Assembly: GCF_009914755.1 (NCBI RefSeq)
Contig: NC_060927.1
DNA length: 64,000 nt
Reading direction: 5' to 3' (one strand)
DNA from: the human T2T-CHM13v2.0 reference genome, Homo sapiens
Both the position numbers and the translations under genes were made by a program. Each line of letters opens with the position of its first letter. Position 1 is the stretch's first letter. Positions 15,288-28,671 of this stretch are shown here, one piece after another. The notes under the pieces were generated by a model. The model saw only the letters and a program-made list of their open reading frames with translations. It had not been told where the DNA came from and did not search any database.

Positions 15288-15667
15288 ACAGTGGGCCCTC
15301 CCTATCCAAGGGTCCACATCTGCTGATTCAACCAATTGAAAATACTTGGGAAAGAAAATTAACAGAAAATAACAATACCACAATAAAAATAATACAAATT
15401 TTAAAGTTACATAGTATAAAAACTATTTACATAGCATTTACATTGTACTAGGTACTATAAGTAATCTAGAGATGATATAAAGTATATGGGAGAATGTGCA
15501 TAGGTTATATGCAAATACTGTATCACTTTTTATGAGGAACTTAAGCATCTGCAGATTTAAGCATCTAAAATCTAGAACTAATCCTGATTTACTCACTGTC
15601 ATTCACTGTTACAGATTTTTGACAGGGGTCCTGCAATTAATCCCCAGCCAATACTGATGGACGACTG
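15288..15667. mobile_element. MER2 (Tigger2-derived) element
   Basis: aactatttacatagcatttacattgtactaggtactataagtaatctagagatgat core; TA-flanked ends. Confidence 0.75.
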
Positions 15668-15915
15668 TACCATATAATTTGCCTTCTTGTGTTTTACAGT
15701 CTGTTCTCTTCTTCCCAAAATATAAGCTCCACAAGAGCAGGATGTTTGCCTCTTGAACACTAGTATATCCTCAGTGTCTAGAACAAGGACTGGCACATAA
15801 TAAGCCCTCAATAAACATTTGTTTAATGAATGAATAAATATAACTCATTTCCTCAAAAATCTCCAGTAAAGTCTCTTGTAACTAATAGTTTTGCTTTGGC
15901 AAAAGAAAGAACAGG

Positions 15916-16220
<305 letters not shown>

Positions 16221-16489
16221 ATACTCCTCGTTTGGGAGAGAAATAACTGTCAAATAATAAGAGTAAAATTGGAAATTCAAAAGTAAGTTGGAACTAGAAG
16301 TGGCTAGGGGAAACTCCTTACTGCCACCATCAATAATATAGATGGTGTGCTGGGAAAAGGATTTGAGCTATTTTTATATAAATATTTTTATATAAATATT
16401 AAATGGAAAGGAGACCCAGAAATTTGACCCATAAATCTGAGGTTATATGTGTGAACATTAGCCATCATTCATGCTGCTACACACAACAG

Positions 16490-17170
16490 GGAGTCATGGA
16501 AGGAAGAAGGTCTGGAGTGTAAAGAGCATAGAAGTGAGGAGAACAATTAAAAGGCCATTGCAATACTAGTTCACGTAGGTGATGATAAGGACTTGAACAA
16601 GGCAATGGTAATGGGAATGATAAGGGAGGGAAGAATTCCAAATATCTCAGCTGTAGAATCAACAGGATTGGTGACTGACTGGCAGAAAGGCATGGTTGGG
16701 ATGCATCCAAGGTTTCTAGCATGAGTAATTGAGTGAACAACGATGTAGTTATTAGATTTTTACAGTAAAAGGGGCAGGTTTTGCTGGGGAAATGGTGATT
16801 TTTAGTTGGACATCCAGTGGAAACATCCAGAAGAAATCTGGAATTAAACATGAATGCAGTATTTTGGAATTAATCTGTAAACAGAATGCACAAATAGAAG
16901 AGACAAGAGGAAGGTGAACATATAAAAACGGTGGCCAGGAACATGTGAGAATTGGGTAAAAGGAGAGAAGTCAACGAGAAATCAGAAAGAAGTTGATATA
17001 CATGCCAAAGAAGGAAAAGAAGTCAAGAAGAACAGTCAATATTGTCAAATACTGAGTAAGATGCCAGCTGAGAGAAGGTATTGGGTTTGACAAAATAATT
17101 GTTACTGGATGGTGGAGGTAGAAACCAAATTGTTGTAATCTAAGGAGTGAATGACAGAACAAGAGGACAC
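16490..17170 (-). mobile_element. L2 fragment
   Basis: gtagaatcaacaggattggtgactgactgg, ccaaggtttctagc motifs. Confidence 0.65.
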
Positions 17171-17871
17171 TAAATTAAAGCTCTGCTGATGAAGAAAATA
17201 GTAAGGCAGTAACTTGAGGATGAGTCATTGTCTATAAAGGATTTTTATTCCCCACCATAGTCCTAACCTAACATTTGACATCTATCTAGTAGGCACTCAA
17301 TACCTACTGAATGCAATAATATTTTCATTTATAGACCAGGTCTCCTATAAAATAGTCCAGTGTTTATGTCCACATAAAACAGCACAAAACAGATTCATCA
17401 TTCTGGGTGGGTAGAGGGATTGAAGGAAATAAAGACATTTCATATTCTATATTATGTTTTGGGTTAATTGGCAAGAATAATTACTTCTTTCTCACCCCAT
17501 CCCTGACTATACACACACCCAAATTATAGATTATAGAGGAGAAAGGAATTAAATGACTCCTGAGACCAGAACTGCATAGTCCAAAAAAAAAAAAAAAATT
17601 CAGCAATCTTACTTTATTAAAAAATTAGGCATCAAGATGCTGCAATTTGCCTTACTTACATATTTAATTGCTCTTAGGTTAGATATATAATATGGGAAAC
17701 CTGGAAAAAAATTTTAATGGTATAATAAACGCTTACAACCTAACATTAAGTGAAAAAAGCAGCTGCCTTATTGCATATGATCTCAATTTGGGAAACAGGA
17801 AAAAATATAAATACAAACACACATGCACACACACACACAAAGTCAGAATACTATAAGAAAATAAACTGAAC

Positions 17872-18162
17872 GGTCACAGTGGCTCACGCCTGTAGTTCCA
17901 GTTACTCAGGAGACAGAGACAGGTGGATCGTTTTGAGCCCAGGAGTTCAAGACCCGCCCGGGCAACATAAGGAAACTCCATCTCCACACAAAAAAAGTAA
18001 AAATTAGCCAGGTGTGGTGGCTCATGCCTGTAGTTCCAGCTACTCAGGAGGCTGAGGAGGGAGATCAGTTGAGACGAGGAGTTCGGTGATGCAGTGAGCC
18101 GAGACTGCGCCACTGCACTCCAGCTTGGGCAATATAGAGCGAAACTCAGCATCAAAAAAAAA
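17872..18162 (+). mobile_element. AluJ
   Basis: Dimeric Alu with A tail. Confidence 0.88.
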
Positions 18163-18703
18163 AGAACATCTTTCTATTCTGAATTTTCCCAATTTTCTAC
18201 AATTAAAAACGCTTTAAAGATCTCTATAAAGTCAGTCAAGGGAATTTCTATCTAAGCACTTACCAGCAATTTGAGCTCCTTCTCTTTTGGTCTAGGTGGC
18301 TCTAAAATAACAATAAAGGCTACAGTGATTGAAATTCACCAGACTTGAAATAGACTGCAGCCTTCTTCCTTCCCACCTTCTTAGAATCTTTGTCCTATTC
18401 ATCTTCCTTACGCTTCCCCGGGTTCTCTTACTTCTGGATTCTAACAGTGAGTTGTGAGAAGCAACGCGGAAAACGGAATGGAGACTCCAGCTTGTTTTAA
18501 ACGAGCTGTATTACCCCGCACAGTGCAGGAGAAAAGATAATTGGCTCAGGTCTCGGCTCTGCCATCTACCACCTGTGGAGCCTTAGATAAGTCAGTTCTT
18601 ATCTCTGTCACTCAACGGTCTCGGTCTTGTCATCTTTTACATGGAATGTCATGAAATATACAGTACATTGCAGGAACTGCCTCAGGTAAAGACTTCTAGG
18701 GTT

Positions 18704-18845
18704 CAGTAGGTCTCAGTCGATCCCTCTGAGAAAGGCCGCACCCTAAATGCACAGACTCTGACTCTAAGGGGATGGGGTCGGGGAATCTGCATTTTAGTAG
18801 CTTCTCAGGTGATTCAGATGCTCAGTCAGGATTGAGAAACCAGGA
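18704..18845. mobile_element. MER5-like hAT-Charlie MITE (MIR fragment just upstream)
   Basis: ggaatctgcatttta...caggtgattcagatgc...ttgagaaac. Confidence 0.65.
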
Positions 18846-19017
18846 CTCTTCCCAGCCCTCCTGTTCTCTGATCCACTTCTCTGCTTCCTCCACGTCCTAA
18901 CGATTCTCCAGTTCCCGCACAGCAGGAGCGGAGGGAAGAGGGGAGAGAAGGCACCGCTAAGGACCGCTGGCCCCGCCAGGCGGCCGACCTCCCCATTCCA
19001 GGGGCGCCAGCCGGCGG

Positions 19018-19027
19018 ATTACATAAC
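19018..19027 (-). promoter_or_regulatory. D-box (PAR-bZIP/NFIL3 site)
   Basis: ATTACATAAC; its reverse complement GTTATGTAAT matches RTTAYGTAAY exactly. Confidence 0.5.
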
Positions 19028-19043
19028 GGGCCTCGGGGCGCGT

Positions 19044-19053
19044 TCTCGCGAGG
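19044..19053. promoter_or_regulatory. BANP/CGCG-like element
   Basis: TCTCGCGAGG, a 9/10 match to TCTCGCGAGA. Confidence 0.5.
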
Positions 19054-19075
19054 TTTCCACCGCCCCCTCCTCGCT

Positions 19076-19083
19076 CCACGTCA
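19076..19083 (-). promoter_or_regulatory. UPRE (TGACGTGG; XBP1s/ATF6/CREB3-type site)
   Basis: CCACGTCA on +, 26-33 bp upstream of the ATG. Confidence 0.6.
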
Positions 19084-19104
19084 GAGGGAACCGGGCGGAG
19101 CGGC

Positions 19105-19116
19105 CAACATGGCGGA
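19105..19116 (+). promoter_or_regulatory. TISU / YY1 element overlapping the start codon
   Basis: CAACATGGCGGA versus consensus SAASATGGCGGC (11/12). Confidence 0.6.
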
Positions 19117-19144
19117 ACGCAGGAGACACAAGAAGCGGATCCAG
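19109..19144 (+). CDS. SEC62: SEC62 coding exon 1 (MAERRRHKKRIQ)
   Basis: ccaacATGG Kozak context inside a CpG island; donor CAG|gtagca; phase 0. Confidence 0.97.
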
Positions 19145-19243
19145 GTAGCAAAGCCGAGCTCTGGGCAGGGGGCTTCGGCGCGCTGGATAGTGGAAGGGGC
19201 GGGGAAAGCCCCCTAAAAGGGCGAGCGAAAGCAAGGGCGAGGT

Positions 19244-19262
19244 GGGGTGGGGTGGGGTGGGG
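19244..19262 (+). repeat. (GGGGT)3GGGG G-quadruplex motif at the start of intron 1
   Basis: Four G4 runs with 1-nt loops on the sense strand. Confidence 0.8.
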
Positions 19263-22200
19263 TTCCGCCGCGAGGCAGCTGGCTGCAGGCTGCGCGTTGT
19301 GAGGGGCCTGAGGGGGGGCGGTGTTGGCGACGGCGGAGACAGAGACGGAGGTGGTGGTGGAGCAGCAGGGGAAGGAAGGAGGCGCCGCGCTCAGAATCCG
19401 GCTGCGGAGGCGCGGCTGTGGGCCTGGAGTTCCTGTGGTCGCGCTGTCCCGGGCCTGAGCTGGAAGGTCAGCCTCCCCTGGGGCGCAGACGCTGACCCTT
19501 CCCGGGGCTCCTCCCCTCCCTTCACCCCATCCTCTGGCCTTAGCTGGCCTGAAATTAAGGCCACGGTAATAGGGGTAGCAGGAGGCGGCGGACTGACCTA
19601 AAGCAGCTGGTTCTTTGTGCGCATAGACCGTAAGGGGGAATGATCTGGACTTGGTCAGCTGCCTCGGGGCCTAGGCAGGGATCTGCTCATCCAGATGTTC
19701 AGTTGCGTTGCCCTTCTTTCCCTTCAATATTATTAACTTAATAGTCCACTTGAAGCTTGCCGGCTTTTTTCCGGGCGACGTGGTGTAAACAACCACAACC
19801 TCGTTGGTGCTGCAACGAGCTGGTGGAGCCCAGAAACCTTTCACATGCCAGTGTGTCATCCTCGTAGTAACGTACATAACATCTCCCCCTAATTCCACAT
19901 GCGTGTCATTTGTGCATTTCTTCCTTGCGATTTTCCCTGGTTCTTGTTCTTTGCCAAGAGGATTAATTATGTAGAACATCTTGGACTCAGGATATTTATT
20001 AGTCGTCTCATCAGCTGATGTGCTGAGAAACCTTCATAAGCCCTCAAATTGATCACATGTAGTAAATTGTTACTATAATCATAAATTGTTACATTCATCA
20101 TTGCCTTTCTGTTCCTTACTATTTCATTGCTTAGAATGATTTTTTCTTTCTTCCATTTTATCCCTTCTTTTTTTTTTTAAGTTTATCGATTTATTGGCGT
20201 ACAATACAGATGTTTTGAGCTATGCAAGTTAAAATTCTTCTGTAAACTTTTTAAGTGCTGTGAAAAAGACACACATGATCAGTAAATTTGGAATTTTGGA
20301 ATTTGGCAGAAATAAAGTAGTTCCGAACAGGGTGCAGAAGGGAATTAGAAAGAGGCAGATTTCGAGTTCAGACAGATAAGACTAGGTCTTAAGATCAGTA
20401 GAAGTTTCTAATTATACTGTTCTTAATCTTTCAAGAGTTAGTGTTATTCCTCTGACGTGGGTATACAGTATTTTATTAGATTGTATATTGAAATTGTCTG
20501 TCAGATTTGTACTTACAGAACTCCTTAGATTTACACTTGACAGTACAATTTTATGCCCTTCAATACACATTGTTTTACAATTCCAGTTGCTCTTTAATAT
20601 TGTTGTAAGGGCTATATAATTCACCTTTTGAATAGCTGCTCTTATTTAGTTGTGATCTTATATTAAACAGAGGCTGTGGAGTAATGTGACAGTGGCAGAG
20701 AGCTAAAACTTGAGCCAAACTGCCTGTTTGTACCCCACCTCCACCAATTATTGGCTGAGTAACTTTGAGCAAGTTAATTTTTACCTCCCTGTCTGCATCG
20801 GTAAGAAAACATATTTACCTCAAAAAAAAAAAAAGCAAGAAAAAAGAAAAACTTTAAGATTGCTGTGAAAATAATAGGTGAGTCAACTTATTTATTAAAA
20901 GTTATTAAAAGTGTTTGGCACGCAGCCCCTCCCTTCTATTCTACTCCTTACCCAGGATGAAGGATTTAGATTGGATTGTTATTTTATTTTTTGTTAACTA
21001 CTCTTTGATATGCTGAAGAAAGATTAACAACCCTCTATTCAGTAAACTATTAGGTTGGGAGTTATGTAGAGTATAGCTGTTTACTTTCTATTATTTGAGG
21101 ATTGATTATTAAAATCTACTGGGCATACTGCAAAATTAAGTGACATTTATTTTTCTGTCCTTGAAATTTTCTACATGGCTGTATAAAATGTTTGTGAGAG
21201 ATCTTAGAGTACTACTTTCATGCAGCCTAACACACTTATGAAAATATACTAGCCTAGAAAGTACCTCAGTTTTATCATTCCAGATAATCAGAAACTATAA
21301 TACATCACTTGTGATAAAAAGATCAAATGTAATGAAAAGTTCAGAGTTTAACTTACAAAAAAGATCCTGTTGTAGAATTTTTAGGCAAAAGGTCTGTAAT
21401 ACCAACTGAGTTTCTGTCATTTGTTGCTTGATGTTTTATGTTTAGAAAGATGGTTAATAGATTCAGTGATCTTTAATTATACTTTGCACATTGGGGAGAA
21501 ATGTTTGATACAAACAAATAAGTTCAGGGTTAAAAAAAAAAGTAGCTAATTTGCTTTTTCTTTGTAATTCAGTATAATTTCAGATTCTCGTGTCCCATCG
21601 AAGTTTCTAGCAAGAGGACTGTTGTCACATTTCCTTCTTGGACTCATTACTGGTCACTGAAAACCAGAAGTGAGCTACATGTACTCATACAGTAACTACA
21701 TATAGATTAACAATGTGCTGCTGCATAGTAGAAGTTGATTTACAATCCTGGTATCAAGAAATTTTAGAGTTTAAAAGGATCTAGTAGGGTTTGTTTGGAA
21801 GCCTTTTTCATAAATTCAGTCTTAACATGAAAGCAGAGTGGTGATCCTACAGCTGACTGATCTCACCCAACACCCTCGTTTTTCAGATAAACTGAGGTCC
21901 AGTGAGGTTTTGTGACTTAATCCAGGATCGTCAATCAAGATAGTAAAACCAGATTTAGACCAGGTCTTCTGATTCCCAACTGAATACTCTTTCTGTCTCA
22001 CAATAGATAAAAAATAAGTTGCTTTGAAATACTTTAATCCTGACTTCTTTATTATTGAATTATGCAACGTAAAGACTTAACATGACTTGTCCTTGCTAAA
22101 GAGAATCATCCCATTCAGTATTCTGCTTAATGTCCAGTTGAGTTTTGAGACATTTAAATGGCTAATTCTTAGAACTTTTATAACCCTCCATTAGTTATTT

Positions 22201-23354
22201 TTGTTGCACCCATCTGTCTTCCTGGCAAGCAATAAAACCTTGACATATCATGGGCTTATGTGCTTAATTTCAGGACAGGGAAGAAAAGAGAAAATTTGGG
22301 ACTATATAGCCAGACTATACAGGTCTAATTTCTGACTCTGAATATTCTGAAGAGAAAGAACTCAGGAAGCCAGTCCTAAATCAGAAAACTACCCCTCAAA
22401 GGCTTAATGGAGGGTTTTGCAGTTTAGCAAACCCATTGCTAAGGAAAGAATACAATAGAAGGGAGTTGGAGCTATTACAGAAGGGCACTGCTGTTGTCTA
22501 GATACTCTTGTATAGTGTTATTTGTGTAGCACATATTGTTACTAATGATTAAGGTCCCCTCCAGCTTTCAGATCTTATTGTTAAACTACTATTTGCATTT
22601 TTCACAAATATTTTATACTGCTTGAACCAAGCCTTTTTCTTTTTTGCTCAGTTCATGGTTGACAGATCAACTAAGCTAATTTTTATTGGATGTAGTAATT
22701 TTTAAAAGTTCCTCTGTATCACAAATTCTGTAAGATTGGTGCCTGTGACATACTTACTCTTGATTTTTTTCTCAAAAAGGTTAAATATTGGCTAAAATAA
22801 CTTAGAAATGTCAAACTCTATCTTATTATAGTATTTGAGTGTCGGTGTATTCTAAAGTAAAAAACAGTATTTATTAAAGAATTTTATAAGAGTATTCTAA
22901 CCAAACTTCCAATTTAAATAATTTTGTATTTTAAGTTACAGCACCCAGTGTATTGGTGTTGGGTGCAAAGAAAGGAAAGGCAGTCCAGCCTAAATTTATT
23001 GGCTCTTAGCTTCCTCATTGTAAGACAGTTGTGTTCATTCATTGAACTAAGAAGTTCTCTCCATTTGTTTGAAGATTGATAGGTTGGTTTCTCTTTATTA
23101 GTGGGTGCTACTATTCCCAAAAGGCCTTCACTTTGTTAGAAGTCTTCTAGGAAAATTATAAAAATATTCTGTTTACATCAAAAGAGAACAAAGAGGGGGA
23201 GGTACTGTAGTCCAATGTATAAACAAAAAGAAGGTAAAACTTTTATACCTTCTTATGCTGCATCAGGAGAACAGTGAAAGTGAAGACTGCATGCACGTTG
23301 GATGTGGTGGCTTGTGCTTGTAATCCCAACTATCTGTTCATGTTCTCATGGTAC

Positions 23355-23657
23355 TTTTTTTTTTTTTTTTTAAAGAGACAAGGTCTCACTGTGGTGCCCA
23401 GGCTGGAATGCAGTGATGGCATCATAGCTCACTAGAGACTCAAACTCCTGGTCTCAAGTGATCCTCTGGCCACAACCTCCCAACTAGCTGGGACTACAAG
23501 TGTGTGCACCACCTCACCTAGCTAATTTTTTTTAATTTTTTGTAGAGATGGAGTATCAGAAAGTTACCTAGGCTGGTCTTAAACTCCTGGTCTCATGCGA
23601 TCCACCTCGGCCTCCCAAAGTGGTGGGGATTACAGGGATGAGCCACTGAGCCCTGCC
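23355..23657 (-). mobile_element. AluJ (intron 1)
   Basis: Reverse Alu; TSD tctcatggtact. Confidence 0.88.
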
Positions 23658-24724
23658 TCTCATGGTACTCTTCTACAGCAATCTATCTTTCTGGCTTCAA
23701 CGCCAAAGCAATGGCACAAATTATATTGTTGCATTGAAGGCAGTCTACAATATGGATAAGTTATTATAAGTTAATAAATTGCAATACTTTAAGAAAGTAT
23801 CAGTAAACAAGTTAATTCTGTGTCTAGTTGGGAGAGATTATCCAAGTCCGTGTTTTCTGGTCTCTTCCTTTCATTGCCTCTTGATAGTGCCTTTACAAAG
23901 GACAGGGTGCAGTTTTAGAAGAGTTTGGTGAACTTGAAATTAATTGTTAGAATGAGATTTTTAAATTTTGTGCATACATATCAGGTTCCCTATTGCGTAA
24001 TATGTAATCAGCTTCTCAATTTTTTATGTACCCTAATATTTAATCAGGTTTTACATGTGATGCCTCTATCAGCAGTCAGTAGATTAGTATATTTATGTCT
24101 GTATTCAGGAATGGTATAACTGAGTGTTAGTATGAGTATATTTGTATCATGCCTAAATTTGATATGGTCATTCTCTACAATTACTTTCCTTCCACATTTC
24201 CTTTCTGTTGATAAAGTTGGAAATCTGACATCTTTACCTAGCCATTTTATTTATCCTTTATCATTGAGTTCTATGTGTTCTACATTTGAAGTGTTTCAGA
24301 TATCTAAATTTCTTTCCCATTTATAGTCCAGTATCACACTACAATTTACTTGAATATTACAGTAGTCTTCCATCCATTTCCCTGCCTTATGCATTTTTTT
24401 CCAGTTCATCCTACACACAGCCACCAAAATCATGTCTAAATCATTTTTCTAGTTATGTCCTATTAAGAAACTACTAGTGGTCTTTCTGCTGCTTACAGGG
24501 TAAAGTAGAAATTTCCTTGCCTACCTTGATGACTATTCTGCTTTTACACACTTAATCTCCCAGTACTTCCTAGCTTGTCTCTACTAGAGCCAAATTTTGT
24601 GTCATTCTCAGCCACAATATTTATGGCTTTTCAGTCAGTTTACCCAAAACTTGTTCATCTTTCAAACTTTATCTTCCTCTTCCAGTGTTCCCATCCACAT
24701 TGATAATCTCACTCCTAATTTGGG

Positions 24725-25010
24725 TGCTTTCACTTTGTTGCCAAGGCTGGAGTGCAGTGGCATGATCTTGGTTCACTGCAGCCTCAACCTACCAGGGCTC
24801 AGGTGGTCTTCCTACCTCAGCCTCCTGAGTAGCTGGAACTACACATGTGTAGCACCTTTTTCTATCTTTTTTTTTTTTTTTTTTTTTATGTAGAGAAGGA
24901 GTTTCACCATGTTGCCCAGGCTGGTCTCAAGCCTGGTTTCCTGGGCTCAAGCAGTCTGCCTGCCTCAGCCACCCAAAGTACTGGGATTACAGGCATGAGC
25001 CACCCAACCC
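24725..25010 (-). mobile_element. AluJ (intron 1)
   Basis: Reverse Alu motifs with an expanded middle T-run. Confidence 0.85.
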
Positions 25011-25667
25011 ATCCTACTCTGTGTATTTCAAAAATATTTTTTCTGCCCCTCTTTTTGGGAAATAATAATTACTGCTTCTAACAGTTATGTAACAGAGTGT
25101 ACATATCATGCCTTACAAATCTTTGCTGTTAACTGTAGCATCCAAAGATGATAGGGTGAGTACTCTGTAAGTCTGGAAGAACAGGTCACATTTATTCAGA
25201 CTTCTCCCCCACAATTTTTAATCAAGCACCTCCCAGTAACAAGTTATTTAATTAGATCGATTTTAAGTTGACAACAGATGTATCAGATGAGGAAAAAATT
25301 GAGCATGTGTGGTGTGATTATATAATAGAATTGGTTTCTATAAACCATTTATAGTATTCAACTTTTATAGTATTACTTTTTCAGATGTATGGATATATAG
25401 ACTATTATTTACTAATTGAGGCTCTGCGAAGTGTAGTGTATTTTACAAACATAATTAAATACTATCATTTAATATGCCTGATACTAACATATATTAATAT
25501 ATTTTAGCATGGTTTCAAAAATTTTAATTAGGAATTTTTGCCTTTTATTATATCAGAAAGTATATTTTGCAGTCAGGCCTCAAATAAATCATTATGAATC
25601 TTGTAGTTGTTCCTGAACTTGGAGTGTTAAATTTTGAATTTGCCATTTTTTAAGGTTCCAGTTTTTT

Positions 25668-25988
<321 letters not shown>

Positions 25989-27285
25989 TCATATATAAAA
26001 GTTTTAATTTCATAAATACTTGGTTTTTATAGTAGCCTTCTTTTGGGTTGAGTGATTTGGGCTCTTAATTTTTATTGCCACAAATAGCCCACAGCTGGTA
26101 GTTGCAGACTGTAGGAATTGTACACTGGTATGATCTTACACAGGTAATTGGGCTACTGGAAGTAGAGGACTTGCGAAATACAAAGGAAGAAATGAGAGAT
26201 GTACCTGCCAGGAGACTCAGTAACCAAAACAAAAACTTCCACTTCATCTAACAAATTATTCCTTTTTGGGATAAAGTTAAAGCTGAAACGTAGGTTTGTT
26301 GGTTGTTCTTTATTTTCCTCAAACATAACTTAATTCAGACTTCTCTTAACTTTGGAAAAACCCAACATAGATAAGTTGGATAGATTCTTTTTTCTATTTT
26401 GCATCATTAGATTTTTTTTGCTTGAAACAGCTGTCTTTAGCATTAATTCTTAGCATCTTAGATTCTTGCCAGATTATTTTTTACTATTATTTGTCATTTT
26501 ATTCTTTAATGAAGCAGCCCTTCCTGAAATCATTCACATTTAGATTATATGTTGCTGGAAATACTGAATGTTCTGTGTATTGTGCTTAAGCATGCAATTA
26601 TAGACAGTAATTAAGTACAGTGCATTTGTTTCAATAGCTTACAGCAATAAGACAGCTTTTGAAAGTTTATACATAAGATGTATACAAAGATAGACTGCCT
26701 TCATTTTCTTCAGTACGTGAGTAGGGAAAATAAATTCACAGGAGGAATTGTCAAAGAAGTTCAGAATGAAAGGGAATAAAGGGAAGATGGGGAATGAGAA
26801 ACAATGAAGAAAATAATAGAAAATTTGGGAAAAGATATAGAAGAAAGAAAGCAGAGAAGGATTAAAACGGCCTTTCCAAAACGACTCTTTGTCAGTGCAC
26901 TTCCATTAATCACCTCTTCAAATGAGATAGTAATAACTCTTTTTGCATTTTTCATTTTTGCCTCACCCTTACTGGAGAAGAGAAGATGAGAAAGACAGTC
27001 CCAGGAGTGTCTGGTATCTGCAGCCACAGGGGGAAAGGAAAGAGAATACAAATTGTCATTGTGTCAGTAGTTCTTATGGCTACCACATTGGGGGCAGCTG
27101 TCATTGATTAATTTGAGAACTCCTTCTGCGATCTGTTGTCCATTGTTCAGGATACATATCTTTGGCTGTTATTTTAACATTTATTTATGACACTTGTTTC
27201 TACTTACTTTGACATTTGGATACTCACTATTAGCAACATCTTATCTTTTTAATTACTGTTTTGTGGCTTATAAAAAGAGACTATA

Positions 27286-27644
<359 letters not shown>

Positions 27645-27894
27645 TCAAATGCCTCATAGTTGAAGCCAAGAAGCAGACAGGCTTTGCCTCTATCAACTTA
27701 TATTTGAAAAACGTAGTTTCTTTAAATCTCCATTTTTGTCTTTTGAATACTTTATTAGGTCGCTCCAGAGAAAGCTTGAAAGCAAGGCCTGTACTCCACT
27801 TGAAAAGATTCATAAAATAGATTTGTAAATTATTATTCAGCGCATGAATTTCTCAAGTATATGATTATACTAAATTAATATTCATATGTTGCAG

Positions 27895-28003
27895 GAAGTT
27901 GGTGAACCATCTAAAGAAGAGAAGGCTGTGGCCAAGTATCTTCGATTCAACTGTCCAACAAAGTCCACCAATATGATGGGTCACCGGGTTGATTATTTTA
28001 TTG
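27895..28003 (+). CDS. SEC62: SEC62 exon 2 (EVGEPSKEEKAVAKYLRFNCPTKSTNMMGHRVDYFI)
   Basis: Acceptor gttgcag|GAA, donor TTG|gtagga; 109 nt; open frame. Confidence 0.97.
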
Positions 28004-28400
28004 GTAGGATTATATCAGTAAAATCGTATTAGTGTACATATGTTATGAAGTTAACCTACATTTGGGATATGTAGAAGTTTTAAAAGTGCTTTCCAAATGT
28101 GATTGTTCTGGTGATGGACATATGGCAGTTGATTATTCTGTTCTTTTCTTTTATGATTGAAAATGTCTATAATAAAAAGATAACATGTTTTCTAATAACA
28201 ATTGTTGGAAATTTTTTTAAATAGGATTTATTTTCAGTGTTTTAAAATACTACCTTTTGTTTAGATAGTATGCGTACTTGGAACTAAGAGCACTGGCTTT
28301 TTTTCCCCAAACAATGTCATTATAAGCTGATGTCATTTATAACACCAGAGCTTATAAGTAGGGGTTGAGTTTGCCTTTCTCATCAATTAAAAGTGAATTG

Positions 28401-28671
28401 CAGCTGGGTGTCGTGGCTCACACCTATAGTACCAACACTTTGGGAAGCCAAGGCAGGAGGGTTGCTTGAGGCCAGGAGTTCGAGACCAGCCTATGCAACA
28501 CAATGAGACCCCATCTCTACAAAAAAATTAGATGAGTATGATGGCATGCGCCTCTGAAGTGAGAGGATGGCTTGAGCCCAGGAGTTAGAGGCTGCAGTTA
28601 ACTATGATCCCACCACTGTACTCCAGCCTGGGTGACAGAGCAAGAACCTGTCTCTTAGAAGAAAAAAAAAA
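28401..28671 (+). mobile_element. AluJ (intron 2)
   Basis: Alu with a short internal deletion and A tail. Confidence 0.88.

Larger units (their letters stand above)
13815..15840 (+). mobile_element. L2 LINE 3' portion, interrupted by an LTR and MER2
   Basis: ctctaccttcaaaatata, ccaccatcatctctcacctg, and terminal ggcacataataagccctcaataaacatttgtttaatgaatgaat. Confidence 0.8.
18950..19600. promoter_or_regulatory. CpG-island promoter of SEC62
   Basis: GC- and CpG-rich block spanning exon 1; GC boxes GGGCGG at 19093 and GGGGCGGGG at 19196; no TATA box seen. Confidence 0.93.

Noticed and set aside
19019-19601. Gly/Arg-rich ORFs over the CpG island
   Set aside because: Stop codons are scarce in GC-rich DNA; these ORFs overlap the promoter and intron 1 with no family resemblance.
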